A stretch of 49,008 nt of DNA, the filler included, from Trypethelium eluteriae (Eukaryota): assembly GCA_051942245.1 (NCBI GenBank). It is 2 parts of 2 records of this genome, joined end to end, with 100 filler letters (N's around TTAATTAATTAA, not from the genome) between each part and the next. Parts side by side here need not be neighbours in the genome. Positions count along the whole stretch, not along the records: positions 24,570 to 49,008 come from JAVECL010000403.1; 1 more part is not named here. One strand, 5' to 3'. This document shows positions 47,322 to 49,008 of this stretch, piece after piece. The position numbers were made by a program, and so were the translations under genes. The notes beneath the pieces are model-generated. The model had not been told where the DNA came from. It searched no databases and saw nothing but the letters and a program-made list of their open reading frames with translations. Each line of letters starts with the position of its first letter. The stretch's first letter is position 1.

Positions 47322-48026
47322 ATGGCTTCCATGCAAAACCCTCGGCTTGCCTTGGTGTTTGGCGTGGCGATTATTTTGATCCTGGTTTTCATGGCTTTGC
47401 CTATTTGCATTCTTTACTGCTGCAACGGTGGGTGCTCTCGAATGGTTCAAAAGCTTACAGGTTCAGGCAGAGAAACACCCAGAGACGTGGAAGCACCTCC
47501 TCCGATCGAGTCCACAAATGCTATTGTAATGACTCAAGAAGAAATCCCGAAGGCCGAGGAGGGTCCAGACGCTTTTGGGAAGGAAGATTACAATGACATT
47601 TTTGTGATTGGCGACGATGCGGAAGACCCGTTCACCGATGACTTCGAAAAGGACAGACCATCCGTTACTGAATCAATCTCTAAAGCCTATTTCGAAGGGC
47701 AGGACGAAAGGACAGAGCATAGGCCACTCACTCCGGATAGTTACTATGGAGAGGACTTCCAAGCTCCTCGAGATGACGCTTGTGGACCCAGCGGGTGCAA
47801 AGACAACGGAGGATGGAATGCAATGAACGCGGCTCAGGACTATCAACGACCACCCTCTTACAATCCTTATGCTGCCCCTTGGCGGATCAGTGTGGAACAG
47901 ACCAGTATGTCAGCTGACATAGTAGGTAGGGATTCCTTTGAGTCTGTGTCCCTTGCCTCTACCCAACCGGTCAGCTGCGTCTATCCAAAGCTCACAGAGC
48001 CAGCAAAGTCCCGTCTCCGTCAATGA
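47322..48026 (+). CDS. Hypothetical single-pass membrane protein with juxtamembrane Cys cluster
   Basis: First ATG in ORF 47223-48026. Hydrophobic LALVFGVAIILILVFMALPICILY, then CCNGGC and an acidic disordered tail. Confidence 0.55.
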   Translation: MASMQNPRLALVFGVAIILILVFMALPICILYCCNGGCSRMVQKLTGSGRETPRDVEAPPPIESTNAIVMTQEEIPKAEEGPDAFGKEDYNDIFVIGDDAEDPFTDDFEKDRPSVTESISKAYFEGQDERTEHRPLTPDSYYGEDFQAPRDDACGPSGCKDNGGWNAMNAAQDYQRPPSYNPYAAPWRISVEQTSMSADIVGRDSFESVSLASTQPVSCVYPKLTEPAKSRLRQ

Positions 48027-48901
48027 AATCCTCTCCTACTACTATTACCAGTATCTGACGATCATGCATTGAGATTCACATTCTGAACTCCATCTTGCAC
48101 ACAATATTTCTGCTTCCAGATCCGCGAAAAAGGCAAACAAGATGAGAATCTTGCAGTTTCACTGCTTGCATGGTTTATTTCTGGAATACTAGCATAGTAA
48201 TTCTAGGATAATGTCTAAAGAACGTGTTCAGGATCCGCAATTTATACCCCACTAATTTATGTCTTGTTACCTCAGTCAGCACACTGTGTCTTTAGTCCAT
48301 TTCTTGCTCCCTTCGGTGAGGACTTCCCCGGCTCAAATTCCCTCGCTGTTGAGAGGACAGAAACTGATCTTCTCTATCCAATACTGGTCGTGGCAATCGA
48401 CATGCTTTAGGCACTGGTCTTTGAACTCGCTCGAAGCGTTGAACCGCACAGCGTGTCAGGAAGGACAACTTCCCGATCAGTGGTAGCGAAGAAGCTCTGG
48501 CTCCGTTCCGAGCTTTGTATCTAATTGGATGCCGTCTCAGTTCTAGCATCAGTGATCGTGACTTTGATTGGAAGTTCGAGGACAAAGGCCTATGCCATGG
48601 AGGCTTAATTCTTTCACTATATTCTTTCACTACCGGTAATTGATCTGTCTTTGTTTCCTTGTCACCCGCTCGTGTCTATGTCGTTCCCTTTGAACGCGAA
48701 TTGACTTTACAATGCTTTAGGCCGAAAAGTATCTTGATCAATATTTGCTTTATTATCAGAATCCCTATCTGATCTCGACTGCATCTTTCACTGAACCAAG
48801 TCTCCTGATCCAACTGTATTCACACGCTCCATACTTCCGCCACACATTCACCTGCATACACACATACACAAGCTTCGAAAAAGACCACTTCATCTCTCAC
48901 A

Positions 48902-49008
48902 ATGTGCCTCTTCAGCTCCGGCAGCTCCTCCTCCAAAACCCCTTCCAAGAAGCAGGTCACCGGCCCCCGTCCCATCTCCCCAACCAGCAACCCCAACTAC
49001 TTCAACAC
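48902..49008 (+). CDS. Possible 5' end of a gene (MCLFSSGSSSSKTPSKKQ...), partial
   Basis: CACAATG start context after a CA-rich leader. The frame is open to the window end with C-ending codons. Confidence 0.35.
   Translation, partial: MCLFSSGSSSSKTPSKKQVTGPRPISPTSNPNYFN

Noticed and set aside
46952..47410. 152-aa minus-strand ORF overlapping the membrane-protein gene start
   Set aside because: It has no recognisable motifs and conflicts with the better-supported + strand ORF.

Overview
This is a gene-dense, intron-containing region of a filamentous ascomycete (Pezizomycotina-type GT-AG introns of about 50-150 nt with CTRAC/CTAAY branch sites). It consists of two contigs joined by an artificial N44-TTAATTAATTAA-N44 linker at 24470-24569. 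The left contig carries a giant CSF1/BLTP1 lipid-bridge gene that the ORF track misses because it runs off the left edge, followed by HFL1/TMEM184, a small spliced hydrophilic-protein gene, EF-2, THI80, MIA40, an OM14-like gene that needs a 2-nt microexon, an RBR E3 ligase with a truncated Rcat, and the start of a probable Zn-dependent oxidoreductase. The right contig starts with a RIP-damaged Fot1/pogo transposon, then MTD1, RPF2 and a 19-bp minisatellite. Next comes an apparently decaying steroid/terpenoid-tailoring cluster (SDR, two P450 pseudogenes, an ERG26-like 3beta-HSD). It ends with a CorA-like-domain gene, GRX3/4 with an SreA-type GATA promoter, a C2H2 protein, a secreted subtilisin and hypothetical genes. 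The most unusual signals are recurring GC-rich islands where C/G skew flips inside single coding sequences, the decayed cluster, and the 2-nt microexon. All calls come from manual reading and recalled family motifs; no database searches were run.
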